The notes under the pieces were generated by a model. That model searched no databases, had not been told where the DNA came from, and saw only the letters and a program-made list of their open reading frames with translations. From Macrostomum lignano (taxonomy: Eukaryota), in contig NIVC01000428.1 in the NCBI GenBank assembly GCA_002269645.1, positions 186,001-250,000 of the forward strand: a DNA stretch of 64,000 nucleotides, written 5' to 3'. Position numbers and translations under genes: made by a program. Shown piece after piece: positions 12,071 through 23,000 of the stretch (positions within the stretch are counted from its first letter, which is position 1; each line of letters starts with the position of its first letter).

Positions 12071-13538
12071 CCCCCCATAGCTAGCTGGCAGTTGAGGCTC
12101 GGGTTCTGATCTTTGATGTACATAGCCTCTAAGATGTTCAAAGTGTGCTCATGGCGGCTGGCACCCCCATAGCTAGCTGGCAGTTGAGGCTCGGGTTCTG
12201 ATCTTTGATGTACATAGCCTCTAAGATGTTCAAAGTGTGCTCATGGCGGCTGGCACCCCCATAGCTAGCTGGCAGTTGAGGCTCGAGTTCTGATCTTTGA
12301 TGTACATAGCCTCTAAGATGTTCAAAGTGTGCTCATGGCGGCTGGCACCCCCATAGCTAGCTGGCAGTTGAGGCTCGGGTTCTGATCTTTGATGTACATA
12401 GCCTCTAAGATGTTCAAAGTGTGCTCATGGCGGCTGGCACCCCCATAGCTAGCTGGCAGTTGAGGCTCGGGTTCTGATCTTTGATGTACATAGCCTCTAA
12501 GATGTTCAAAGTGTGCTCATGGCGGCTGGCACCCCCATAGCTAGCTGGCAGTTGAGGCTCGAGTTCTGATCTTTGATGTACATAGCCTCTAAGATGTTCA
12601 AAGTGTGCTCATGGCGGCTGGCACCCCCATAGCTAGCTGGCAGTTGAGGCTCGGGTTCTGATCTTTGATGTACATAGCCTCTAAGATGTTCAAAGTGTGC
12701 TCATGGCGGCTGGCACCCCCATAGCTAGCTGGCAGTTGAGGCTCGGGTTCTGATCTTTGATGTACATAGCCTCTAAGATGTTCAAAGTGTGCTCATGGCG
12801 GCTGGCACCCCCATAGCTAGCTGGCAGTTGAGGCTCGGGTTCTGATCTTTGATGTACATAGCCTCTAAGATGTTCAAAGTGTGCTCATGGCGGCTGGCAC
12901 CCCCATAGCTAGCTGGCAGTTGAGGCTCGAGTTCTGATCTTTGATGTACATAGCCTCTAAGATGTTCAAAGTGTGCTCATGGCGGCTGGCACCCCCATAG
13001 CTAGCTGGCAGTTGAGGCTCGGGTTCTGATCTTTGATGTACATAGCCTCTAAGATGTTCAAAGTGTGCTCATGGCGGCTGGCACCCCCATAGCTAGCTGG
13101 CAGTTGAGGCTCGAGTTCTGATCTTTGATGTACATAGCCTCTAAGATGTTCAAAGTGTGCTCATGGCGGCTGGCACCCCCATAGCTAGCTGGCAGTTGAG
13201 GCTCGGGTTCTGATCTTTGATGTACATAGCCTCTAAGATGTTCAAAGTGTGCTCATGGCGGCTGGCACCCCCATAGCTAGCTGGCAGTTGAGGCTCGGGT
13301 TCTGATCTTTGATGTACATAGCCTCTAAGATGTTCAAAGTGTGCTCATGGCGGCTGGCACCCCCATAGCTAGCTGGCAGTTGAGGCTCGGGTTCTGATCT
13401 TTGATGTACATAGCCTCTAAGATGTTCAAAGTGTGCTCATGGCGGCTGGCACCCCCATAGCTAGCTGGCAGTTGAGGCTCGGGTTCTGATCTTTGATGTA
13501 CATAGCCTCTAAGATGTTCAAAGTGTGCTCATGGCGGC
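12071..13538. repeat. Tandem array, 16 x 92 bp, derived from the end of the GIY-YIG ORF
   Basis: Unit CCCCCATAGCTAGCTGGCAGTTGAGGCTCG(G/A)GTTCTGATC...GGCGGCTGGCA; period 92 (12077 to 13457 = 15 periods); A-variant in copies 3, 6, 10 and 12. Confidence 0.95.
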
Positions 13539-13712
13539 AGGAATCGATAATCTTAAATAAATCAATCGGTTTGCTGTTACAGCATGAGTTGCATGTGAGA
13601 AGGTGCTCCTGTACAGCAGATCTTTTGGTCCAGTGCTCCTTGACCCTGGTGTACAAGTGTCGCTTAGTTTTTCCGATATACGAAATGCTCTGGTCGCCAG
13701 AACAATTCCTCC
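13426..13712 (-). pseudogene. Penelope GIY-YIG endonuclease C-terminal fragment
   Basis: YIGxTxRHL..R..EH and LEAMYI...NPSLN motifs of Penelope/Poseidon endonucleases; RT domain absent. Confidence 0.85.
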
Positions 13713-13847
13713 GTGCGGAACGTGATCCTAAGCTCCCAAGGTTAGAACTTGTTTCAATTAAAACTACGTACATTAATTTATATTGTGTATTCAACTTATT
13801 ACAGGTATATTTATTGAACTGTTTATTAAAATTTTCAATTTCATTAC

Positions 13848-13887
13848 TGCCCTGACGATGACCTACAAGGGTCGAAATGCATTGGCA
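13848..13887 (+). ncRNA. Minimal type I hammerhead ribozyme motif (intact core)
   Basis: UGCC-CUGACGA-U-GACC(uacaag)GGUC-GAAA-UGCA-UU-GGCA: stem I UGCC/GGCA, stem II GACC/GGUC, and palindromic AAUGCAUU at stem III as in dimeric Penelope hammerheads. Confidence 0.7.
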
Positions 13888-14066
13888 ATTAAATTAAAGT
13901 AAATGAAAACAAGTTAATGTTTGCTCTCTCATTTAAATATTGAGTGAGGCAACTTTGAGCGTTGAATGTTAAGTCGCTTGGTATTGTCGACTCATAAAAA
14001 TTTTGTTCATTCTATTGTGTCCAGGAGGTTGCGGGTTCGAACTCGCTGTCGGCTTCGTCTGTTAAA

Positions 14067-17000
14067 ATGAACTCGGCGTTGAGCTACCTAACGCAGGTGA
14101 AGCGGCGCCTGGCCTCGGACAGTCCGGCTATCTATAACGGCTTTATCGATGCTCTGAGGGATTTCAAGGCTGGTAAAATTGATCCTCAGGTGAGGCGGGA
14201 ATTTGTGCTAAGCTGGTTTTTAGGGCTCTAACCGAAGCATTTAGATAGCCGCTACCCTTGATGAGAATTGCACTGTTCCTCAAAAACCTCCGATTACAAA
14301 ACGGCTTTCATTTTTCATATACTACCTTATCCATATTAACTGCCTTTATTCACCCTTTGGAATTTCCCCTATCCACCCTTTAGAAATCGCCCTATCTACC
14401 CCTTAGAATCGCCCCTATCCACCACTTAGAATCAATCACCCCTATCCACCATTTAGAATCACCCCTATCCACCACTTACAATCGCCCCTATCCACCACTT
14501 ACAATCGCCCCTATCCACCACTTACAATCCCCTTAGAATCCCCACCATTCCATACGTAGAATCGCGTCCTTCCATTTCCTAGAATAGCACTCACTAACTT
14601 CTGGCTTCCATGCGCAGGCCGCCCTGTCCCGAGTCCGCCAGCTGTTCCGCTCGTATCCGGACCTGGTTACCGGCTTTGTCGCCTTCCTGCCAGCCGGGAT
14701 GTCCGTCAGCAGCGCCCAGAATCCGCCCCCGCCCGCCGCCGCATCGCAGCAGTCGTATCCGAGACAGTCGCAAAAGAACCAACAACAGCAACAGCAGCAG
14801 CCACAGGAGGAGTTCAACCACGCAATCGCATACGTCAACAAAATCAAGTCGCGGTTCGCCGGTCGATCAGCCGTCTATAAACAATTCCTGGAAATTCTGC
14901 ATCGCTACCAGAAAGAGCAGCGGACTGGCCGGGTGCACTCCGAGGCTCAGGTAATGGCCGAGCTTGGCCGGCTGTTTGGCGGCCAGTCGGATCTACTGGA
15001 AGAGTTCTCCCTGTTTCTGCCGCATCGCCAGCAGCAGATGTCTCAGGCCGGTAAGTTTTTCTTTACTGAACTGGGACCATCATATGTGCACTACTGTAAG
15101 TAGCCTACATAAAGTATTGAATTAAATCAGAATGTTTTTTTAGCAATAGAATAGTGTCAATGACTCACCAAATTTATTTTTAATGACTCACTAGGGGTTT
15201 TAGCCTTGTGGTTAGAGCGTCGGACTCACAACTTGAAGGTCGGGGGTTCGATTCCCGATCTTACTAGAACAATGTGTCCTTGAGCAAGACAATTAACTCT
15301 GCACTGCTTGAGTTCACCCAGCTGTAAAATGGGTGCCAGCATTAGCTGGGGTAATTGAGGGTGTGTGTGGCGACCCCCTCCCCCCTAGTCCATCGACTGA
15401 ACAGCCGTACGCAGCCTTCAGATGCGCCGCGCAATAGCGGCGGCTGAGCTTTAATCATAGAACTAGACCTTTCAGTGTCAGCTGAGTCAGTGTGATATAG
15501 TTGTACCACCAACAATCGACAATTCCACTATGAATGGTAGACTGATGACAGTGGCCTTGGTATATACAAGTATATCGAAAATCGGGGTGCCACAAAACAG
15601 CCACGGAGAGCAAACCAGATCGCGTGTGCAAATCTATTTAATTCCTCAGACCCGGCCGCTGCAGTCAGCACCCAGCAGTCGCAGCCGCCACCTCAGCCTC
15701 TGCCGGCCCCGTCAATCCCGTCAACCATCCTGGCCCCGCTGCTTGCTCCCCGACCGACTGCTCTGAAGCGGCCTCGCCCGGCGTCGCCGTCTCAATCGTC
15801 TTCGTCCTTGTCGTCGCCATCTCTGTCGACAATGCCGAAGCGACGCATTTTTGCCGTATCAACCGATGTGGCAGCATCCAACAGTCCGCTAGTTGCTGTG
15901 CCATCTCGAATTCCGGCCCGGCCGCCTCTCTATCATCATCATCGACAAGTGCAGCGCCGGCGAAGGCCCCGACACCCGCCAGTTCGAGCTCCTTCGCCCA
16001 AAGCCGAGAGTCTACTAGCTGACGCTGCTAAATTTGACGCAGAGGCGGCGCGCTTTCTCGAGCGCCTTGAAGCCGCCATCGGAGAGCAGGAAGTGTACGC
16101 CAATTTCTTGCGCTGCCTCAACTTGTACGCCACTGGCCGGGTCGGTAGGCTTGATTTCCTAGAAAGAGCGGCCGCTTTCCTACGCCCGTTCCCGGATCTG
16201 CTCGCCTGGCTGCAGGCCGACCTGGCCGAGACTACCGACTCTGGTCGGCAGAAGCGCCGGCAGCAGCAGCAGCCGGAACAGACTCCAGAAATTGACTCGT
16301 TGAAGCTTCAAATCAGCGGCGGCTCCTACAGAGCGGCGCCGCGCAGCTTCGCTCAGCCGCGCTGCAGTGGCCGCGACCACCTGCCGGCGGCCTGTCGGGA
16401 GGCCCTCAATGACACCCTGGTGAGCTTTCCCAACTGGCTGTCCGAGGAAAGTCGTGGCGGCGGTCGGCGGAATCAACACGAGGAGGCCTGCTGTCGGGTT
16501 GAGGACGAGCGCTACGAGCTTGATATGGTGCTGGAGGTCAACCAGGCGGCCATCCGAGCGCTGGAGGCTGCCTACCGACGATTGCAGCGGCTGCCAGTTG
16601 ACGAGCTGGTGCGCCATCGTCTTGGCGAAGATCTGTGCGGCGGCTCCGCTGTGCTGCAGCGGCAGGCCATCTACCGGTGAGTCAGACTTCTCTTTAACCC
16701 CAGCTGGATCACCTTTGAGTTTAAGGCCGAAACGTTTGCAGTCTCTACCCTCTTCTCTTTGTTATCGTTTCGCCACCTTTTCTGCGATAAGTCCATTCTT
16801 CCTTGTAGGCTAGAATTCCAATGAAATCGTATTTAAATTAATTGCTTAAAAATGAATTTGGTAATGTATATTTTTCTGTGCATTCTGCGCACATTAACAG
16901 CCTGTGGTACTGTCAATATGTACTTTGTTCTCGTGTAATTAGCATTGAAATGGAGATTTATTCAAGCAAATTTAGTGCAACTGAGTAAGCAGCTACGATT

Positions 17001-20000
17001 GTTATAAGCATATAATGTAGGTGTCATTGGTAGCAAATTAGTTAATCAATATTGAAATTTTGCAGATAGGATAGTGCAATTATAAAGCGTAGAATCGCTA
17101 TAGGTATAAAATCACAGTCTAGAACTCATATATTGTTAGTATATATAACTATATTTCATCGATTGAGTTGGCCTTCTGTGAGTGTCTGTCATTTTTTCAT
17201 AAAAATTCCTGCTCATAGTTTCCAGAGATTGTGAAAGTGAATAATAATTGTTTACTCCTGCACAGCACTGACCTGCAGCGCTTTGCGTTTTTCCACCCGG
17301 GCCCGTAAGCAGTTCATAATTATCCTCGCCGCGTGGCGCTGCTTCTGTCTCTCCAGTGTGTTGCTAATTACTATGCGCTCCTCTTTGATCTTGCCGCCCG
17401 CTTTCGGCTTCAACGGCGCCAGCTGTTCCTCGTCGGCAGCCGTGCCCAGGAAGTTTCGCGTCAACGCGTCCAGCAGGTCTACGCAGAAGATCGTCTCGCC
17501 TTTGCAAATCGGCACGTTCAGGGTGGCCAACTTGATCCGGTTAGGCATGGGCAGCTGCAGCGGCGGCTCTAGCTCGTCGAGGAACTCGTATACTCGGCTC
17601 ACCGGGATGAAGCCCTTCGCCTTGGGATCATAGGACTCCCATTTCTCGTAGAACAAGTCGAAGTCCTCCTGCGTGAGACCCTGCTGCACATCCTCCGTTG
17701 CCTGACTAAAATTCTCCAGTATAACCGCTATGTACATATTGATGATGACTAGGAAGCTGATCACCAGGTAGGAAACCAGGAATAATACGGCCAGAGCGAA
17801 ACTGCCACAGTCGCTGTGCGGCTTTTTGTCTGGATCGCAGTGCGGCGGCTTCTCGTTGATTAAACCGTCCAAAATGCTGTCCCATCCAGCCGAGGTGCTC
17901 AGCTGGAACAGCACCACCATGCCGCTAGGGAAGGTCTCGAAGTTGAACATCTCGTCTATGCCGCTGCTGTGCCGCACGTGACTAAAAAACGATATGCCAA
18001 CTATGCTGTAGATGAACATGATCATGACTAGCAGCAGGCCGATGTTAAACAGGGCCGGTAGGGACACAAACAAGGAGAACAGCAGAGTGCGAATACCCCT
18101 GGCCGATTTCACCAGCCTCAGGACTCGGCCGACCCGAAACACTCGCACAACGCGTATTATAGTTGGCGGTATGCGCAACAGCTGTATGATGTCTTCCACT
18201 GCCCAGGTGAGAATGCTCAGCACTACTATGACGAAGTCAAACACATTCCATGGAAACTTGAAGTAATACCATCGCTGCGCCATCAGCTTCATCACGCACT
18301 CGAATGTGAATATCACTATGAAGACTCTGTTGATCTGCTCAACAGCAAAATTGAATGCCTCCGACTGGTCGTGATGTTCAATGCACATTACAATTGTGTT
18401 AAGCATTATGAATATCATAATTACAACGTCGAATTTTTGATTGCTGGTGATTTTAAAGAAAAACTGTGGGATTCTTAGCTTTGGTTTCGGTACAGGCTTC
18501 TGTGGAGCTGAGCTACTCATCTTCTTCATCGCTTTGTAGTACTTCTTTTGATCTTCTGTCAAGAATATTTCCATTGAACCGCCGGCTCGCTTCTTCTGCA
18601 TGTTGAAGTTATCAATAATAACGCCAATGAAGAGTTTCAGGGTGAAGAATGAACCAAATATGATGAACAGCACAAAGAACAGGTACATTGTGGTACTGGC
18701 GTCTCGTTGTGGCTGTATGCCGACACCTGAAATAAGCAATTAGTGCATTAAATAAAGTTTAACTATATTTAATAACTTACTAAAAATATTTTGTATCTGT
18801 GCTCAGTTACCTGTTATGTCAACCGCATCTGCAATGATTCCTAGCCAACCCTTGTATGTGGCTATTTGAAATAAAGCCAGATAGCCATTCAGAACATTGT
18901 CAAAATTGATTCGAGAATTCTGCCAAGACACGTTGCCAAATTTTCTTGCCATCTCCTCGCAAACGCTTTGGTTGGGGACAATTTCAGGTAGCAGACGTTC
19001 CTGCGTTTCATTGTCAACACACTTGTAAAACTGTCCTCCAAATAGCTGCACACCCATGATGCTGAATATTAACCAAAATACCAGGCACACTAGTAATACA
19101 TTGAAGATTGATGGTATTGCTTGGATAAGCGCGTTTACGACAACTTTCATTCCTTCCCATCTGCTTACAGCCCTAAGCGGCCTTAGAGCTCTCAATGTTC
19201 TCATGGCTTTGAAAGCGCCCATACTTTGTCCTGACGCTCCACCCAAGAAATTCAACACCAGGCTGCAGAGTGCTACATTTACTATTATAAAGTCCAGCCA
19301 GCACCACGCATCTTTGAAGTATTTCTTTAAGCCGAAGGCGACCCACTTTAGCACCATTTCCAGTGTAAAAATAACTGTAAAGCACTTGTCCATGTGCTCA
19401 AGAACCAGCTTCAACTTTGGTTTTTTGTGCAAATTGACATCCTCTACAGTTAGAGTAATGCTACTAAGTGCAATCATTAGAATGATGAACATCTCAAAAT
19501 ACTTGTGCTCAACTATTTTATAAACTTGGCATCGAAAAATCCACCAGGCTTTTCCGAATCTTGTCGTATCAAATAGCCGCATTACATTTGGACAATGCTT
19601 AGTCAGCTTCTTTGGCAAGCAGTCCTCTGGAGCATCCCAGTAAACAATGTCTACTTCGTTGATTTCTGGCTCTTCAAATGCAGGTGGAAATTGATCCTCC
19701 AATGCAAGGCTAAATTGGCATTTTGGGTAGATTTTGTTGTGCGCCTCACCACAAGCATCCCGATTGGCATGGAGTTCGTTAATGTCTTTAAACACCATAT
19801 TACTGGCCGCTATACTGACATTCTCCATTAAAAATGCCCCGTGTCGCTTCAGCGCAAATCGGCCGTCTGGGCTTATCCTTGGTCCCCTTTTATCTGCATT
19901 CTCTGCATCAGGTTCGTCAACGTCTTGACTGTCGCTTTCAAACAGATCTTCATCATTTAGTTCCTGACTGCACAGACTATCTCTGATTTTGTAAATAATA

Positions 20001-23000
20001 TACCAAAAAAATCGAATAATCTGCAGCCGCAGCCATACTAAAAACCTCTTGATTCGATCAATAGCCTCTTGAAGCTTATTAACCTCTTCCTCCACTTCAC
20101 GCCGTTGCAGACTCTCAGCCCCGAAGCTGCTCAATAGCAAGGCTAAGAACAAACTGAGTACAACCAAACTGGCCAATATGTTTGTTAGCAAGAAGAAAGG
20201 CATACAGATGAATCCGTTTACGTTCATACAGTTCCACATGCTGTCAATCCATTCTCCGCACAGAACACGGAATACTATCATAAAGCTGTGCGTAAAGTCT
20301 TTGAAGTTCCATCTCGGGTAGTCACCTTTGTAGTGCGGATACAGTGTCGTATTCTTATACGTCGAGTAGTTCTCACCAAACAGTTGCATACCAACGACAG
20401 CGAATATAAATATTATTATACCCAGGACAAAAACTAGATTTCCCAATGCTCCCATTGTTCTTGCAATGATGGCGAACAGCAAATTCATTGTTTGCCAAGA
20501 CTTGGCTAGCTTGAACACGCGAAGAAGTCGGAAAGCACGTAAAATTGACAATCCCTGGATGTTCTGGAGTGGCAGCTCTGCCAGGCTTAAAACTACAATG
20601 CAAAAATCGAATATATTCCATCCGTCTTTGAAGTAGACTCGTGGCTTCATTGCTATTAGCTTGCAAATAGCCTCAACTGCAAACGTAGCTGTAAAGAAGA
20701 GATTCGCATTGCTCAGGAATTCGCTAAATTTCTTGCTGTTCGTCGGCATATCAAGGGCCATGAAGCCTGTATTAACCAAGATGCACAACGTGATGTACAG
20801 TTCTGTAAATGGGTCTAGAATTATAAAGGCAACATATTTTTCGAACACCTTCCAACCGTCGCAGCAATCCCAACTGTCGCAACACTTATCCAGAAAGCGG
20901 CGCTTGAAGCATTCTGTTTTTTTCTCTTTCCTCTTCCCTTCTATGTCAATGCTGTCTTGATTTTTTGCAGTTTCTGAGGACTCATTCACCAAGGTTTTTA
21001 GCAGGATGACTTCTTGCATATCAACTATTTGTCCCTCTAGTTTCGCTGTCCTGTTGGCAAGTGTGACCCTGTCTCATATTTATTAGTTGAGTATGGTCGA
21101 CTGTCGCAGATTTTGTGGTATTCTTCGTTTGACACTAGGTCCATTGTTGGCCTTTCCTGACCATCTTTAGTGCAAAGCAATATATTTTTCAAATTCTTTC
21201 TCTTCAAATCAGACATCCAAACATTTGTGTGGATTTTGAAGTCATGATCCAATGTCGAGAACTGTGCGTATTTTTTTATTCCTTCATTGATCAGTTTCTG
21301 CTCTTTGACATGTTCCGATGCAGGCGTCTGAGCAGACGATTCATCTGCATATGGGAATCGTATTGCTTCCAATATATTAAGTTTGGTGCATTCCGCTGGT
21401 TTCAAATGAAACCTGTCTTTGTGCTTAATGCACGGCGAACTGGGCAAACTGAGACTTTTGAACCATTGTTTATTAACTCTTTGAGCGTATTTTTTCGCTA
21501 TTATTCTTTCTCGTACATGTCCACCTTCAATCTTGTCAGATTGCATGCTTAGCTCCTCTGCGCTTTGCTTGAATCTATCTAGCGATATTCCGGCTACCTT
21601 ATAGATATCTCGCAAGCTCAGGCAGCTCATTTCATCTGAATAGTAGCTTTCAGAGAAAGGCCCGTCCTTGTTGAACTCTTGCTCCTGTTTTTCTTCGTCT
21701 TGCTTCCGAGCAGCCTCTTCCTCTTCGTCCAATTTGTCCTGTCTTCTTACTTCATCGTAGGCCATCGCAACTATAGCTAATATGACATTCATTAGAAAGA
21801 AGGAACCCAACATAATGACAAAAGCAAAGTAGAAGACGTGCGGTTTTCCATTGGTTCGAATTACAAGCTGGTAGAGGCTTTCCCAGTAGTCTTGCGTCAT
21901 GAGACGAAATGCGCATAGCATCGACCAGCCGAAGTTGTCAAAGTTTGTATAACCAAAGTCAGGGTTGGCTTCGTCGGTACGAAAACATTCGTAGCCTTCT
22001 GGACACTGTTGCCCGACCTGGTCTGATAATGAGCACACCCGAACTGTTGGGTTTTTGTACCAGTTGCTGTAATTGTTTCCATGTAGCCTCCGCAATTTCT
22101 GCTCTAATATTTTTTGCTCTGTACTGCTAAGCTCCGTGTAATTTGTTAGTTGTTCCATGTCAAGGTATTCTGTCAGATTAAACTTTGCTACACACTTCTG
22201 CAATAGTGTGCCTTTGTACACTTGCAAGCCTACCAATGCGAATATACTTAGCACAAAAATTGTCAAGATGCCTACGTCTCTCAGACGTTTCACGGCTTCC
22301 ATCAAAGCACCAACAATAGTTTTCAGACCAGGCACGGTTGTTACGGTTTTTAGAGCTCGCAAAACTCGAAGTGAGCGTAGCGCACTGAGATTTCCCAACG
22401 CCTGACTGAAAAACATTATGTAAGCTAGGCCGATGACTATAAAGTCAAGCCAATTCCACGCATCGCGCAGGTACGTGAAATTCGATAGGATCAAACCTCT
22501 GGATATTGCCTTGATTATAGCCTCGGTTGTGTAGATTGCCGTGAATGTGTATTCCACTGTTTCTGAACTGCTGTTCATTGCCATGAAAACGCAATTACAA
22601 ATAATTGCTAGCAGCACCAGCATGGAGAAAGCCGGGTGTGTTAAAATTTTTATCGCACATCGTCTTATTGGATTGAACGGCGACAGAAGCATGAGTGCTT
22701 TGGTTGCTGAAAACCTGAATATTGTCTTGTCACGCGCAATGACAACGCAGGTGAGCTTGTCAGCGTAGAACTCGTCAATATCTTCCAAGATGACGCCGCT
22801 CAGCTTCTTGACGGGAAACCGTTCGCTTAAATTTGGCGGCAGCTTCATGCCAGCCGCAAGCTTCGGATTCGGCCGCCTTTCATCTGTCGCTGTAGATGCC
22901 ACATTAGTCGGACTATCCCGTCTTGCAGACGCCGTCTTGTCCAAATTCTTACCTTTCAATTTAGTCGCGCGTTGCCTACCAACAAGCGGTGCTGCCAACT

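Larger units (their letters stand above)
11853..13933 (-). mobile_element. Penelope-like element fragment (5'-truncated, inverted pseudo-LTR, GIY-YIG tail)
   Basis: About 160-bp inverted repeats (11853-12012 and 13774-13933), each with a hammerhead motif, flank a minus-strand GIY-YIG fragment (SYIGKTKRHLYTRVKEH...LEAMYIKDQNPSLN). Confidence 0.85.

Noticed and set aside
12071-13538. CRISPR-like array
   Set aside because: The units are contiguous with no unique spacers, derive from a Penelope ORF, lie in a eukaryotic context and have no cas genes nearby.
15194-15270. tRNA gene (also 24268-24335)
   Set aside because: A and B boxes are present, but the acceptor and anticodon stems do not pair properly and SINE body sequence follows.
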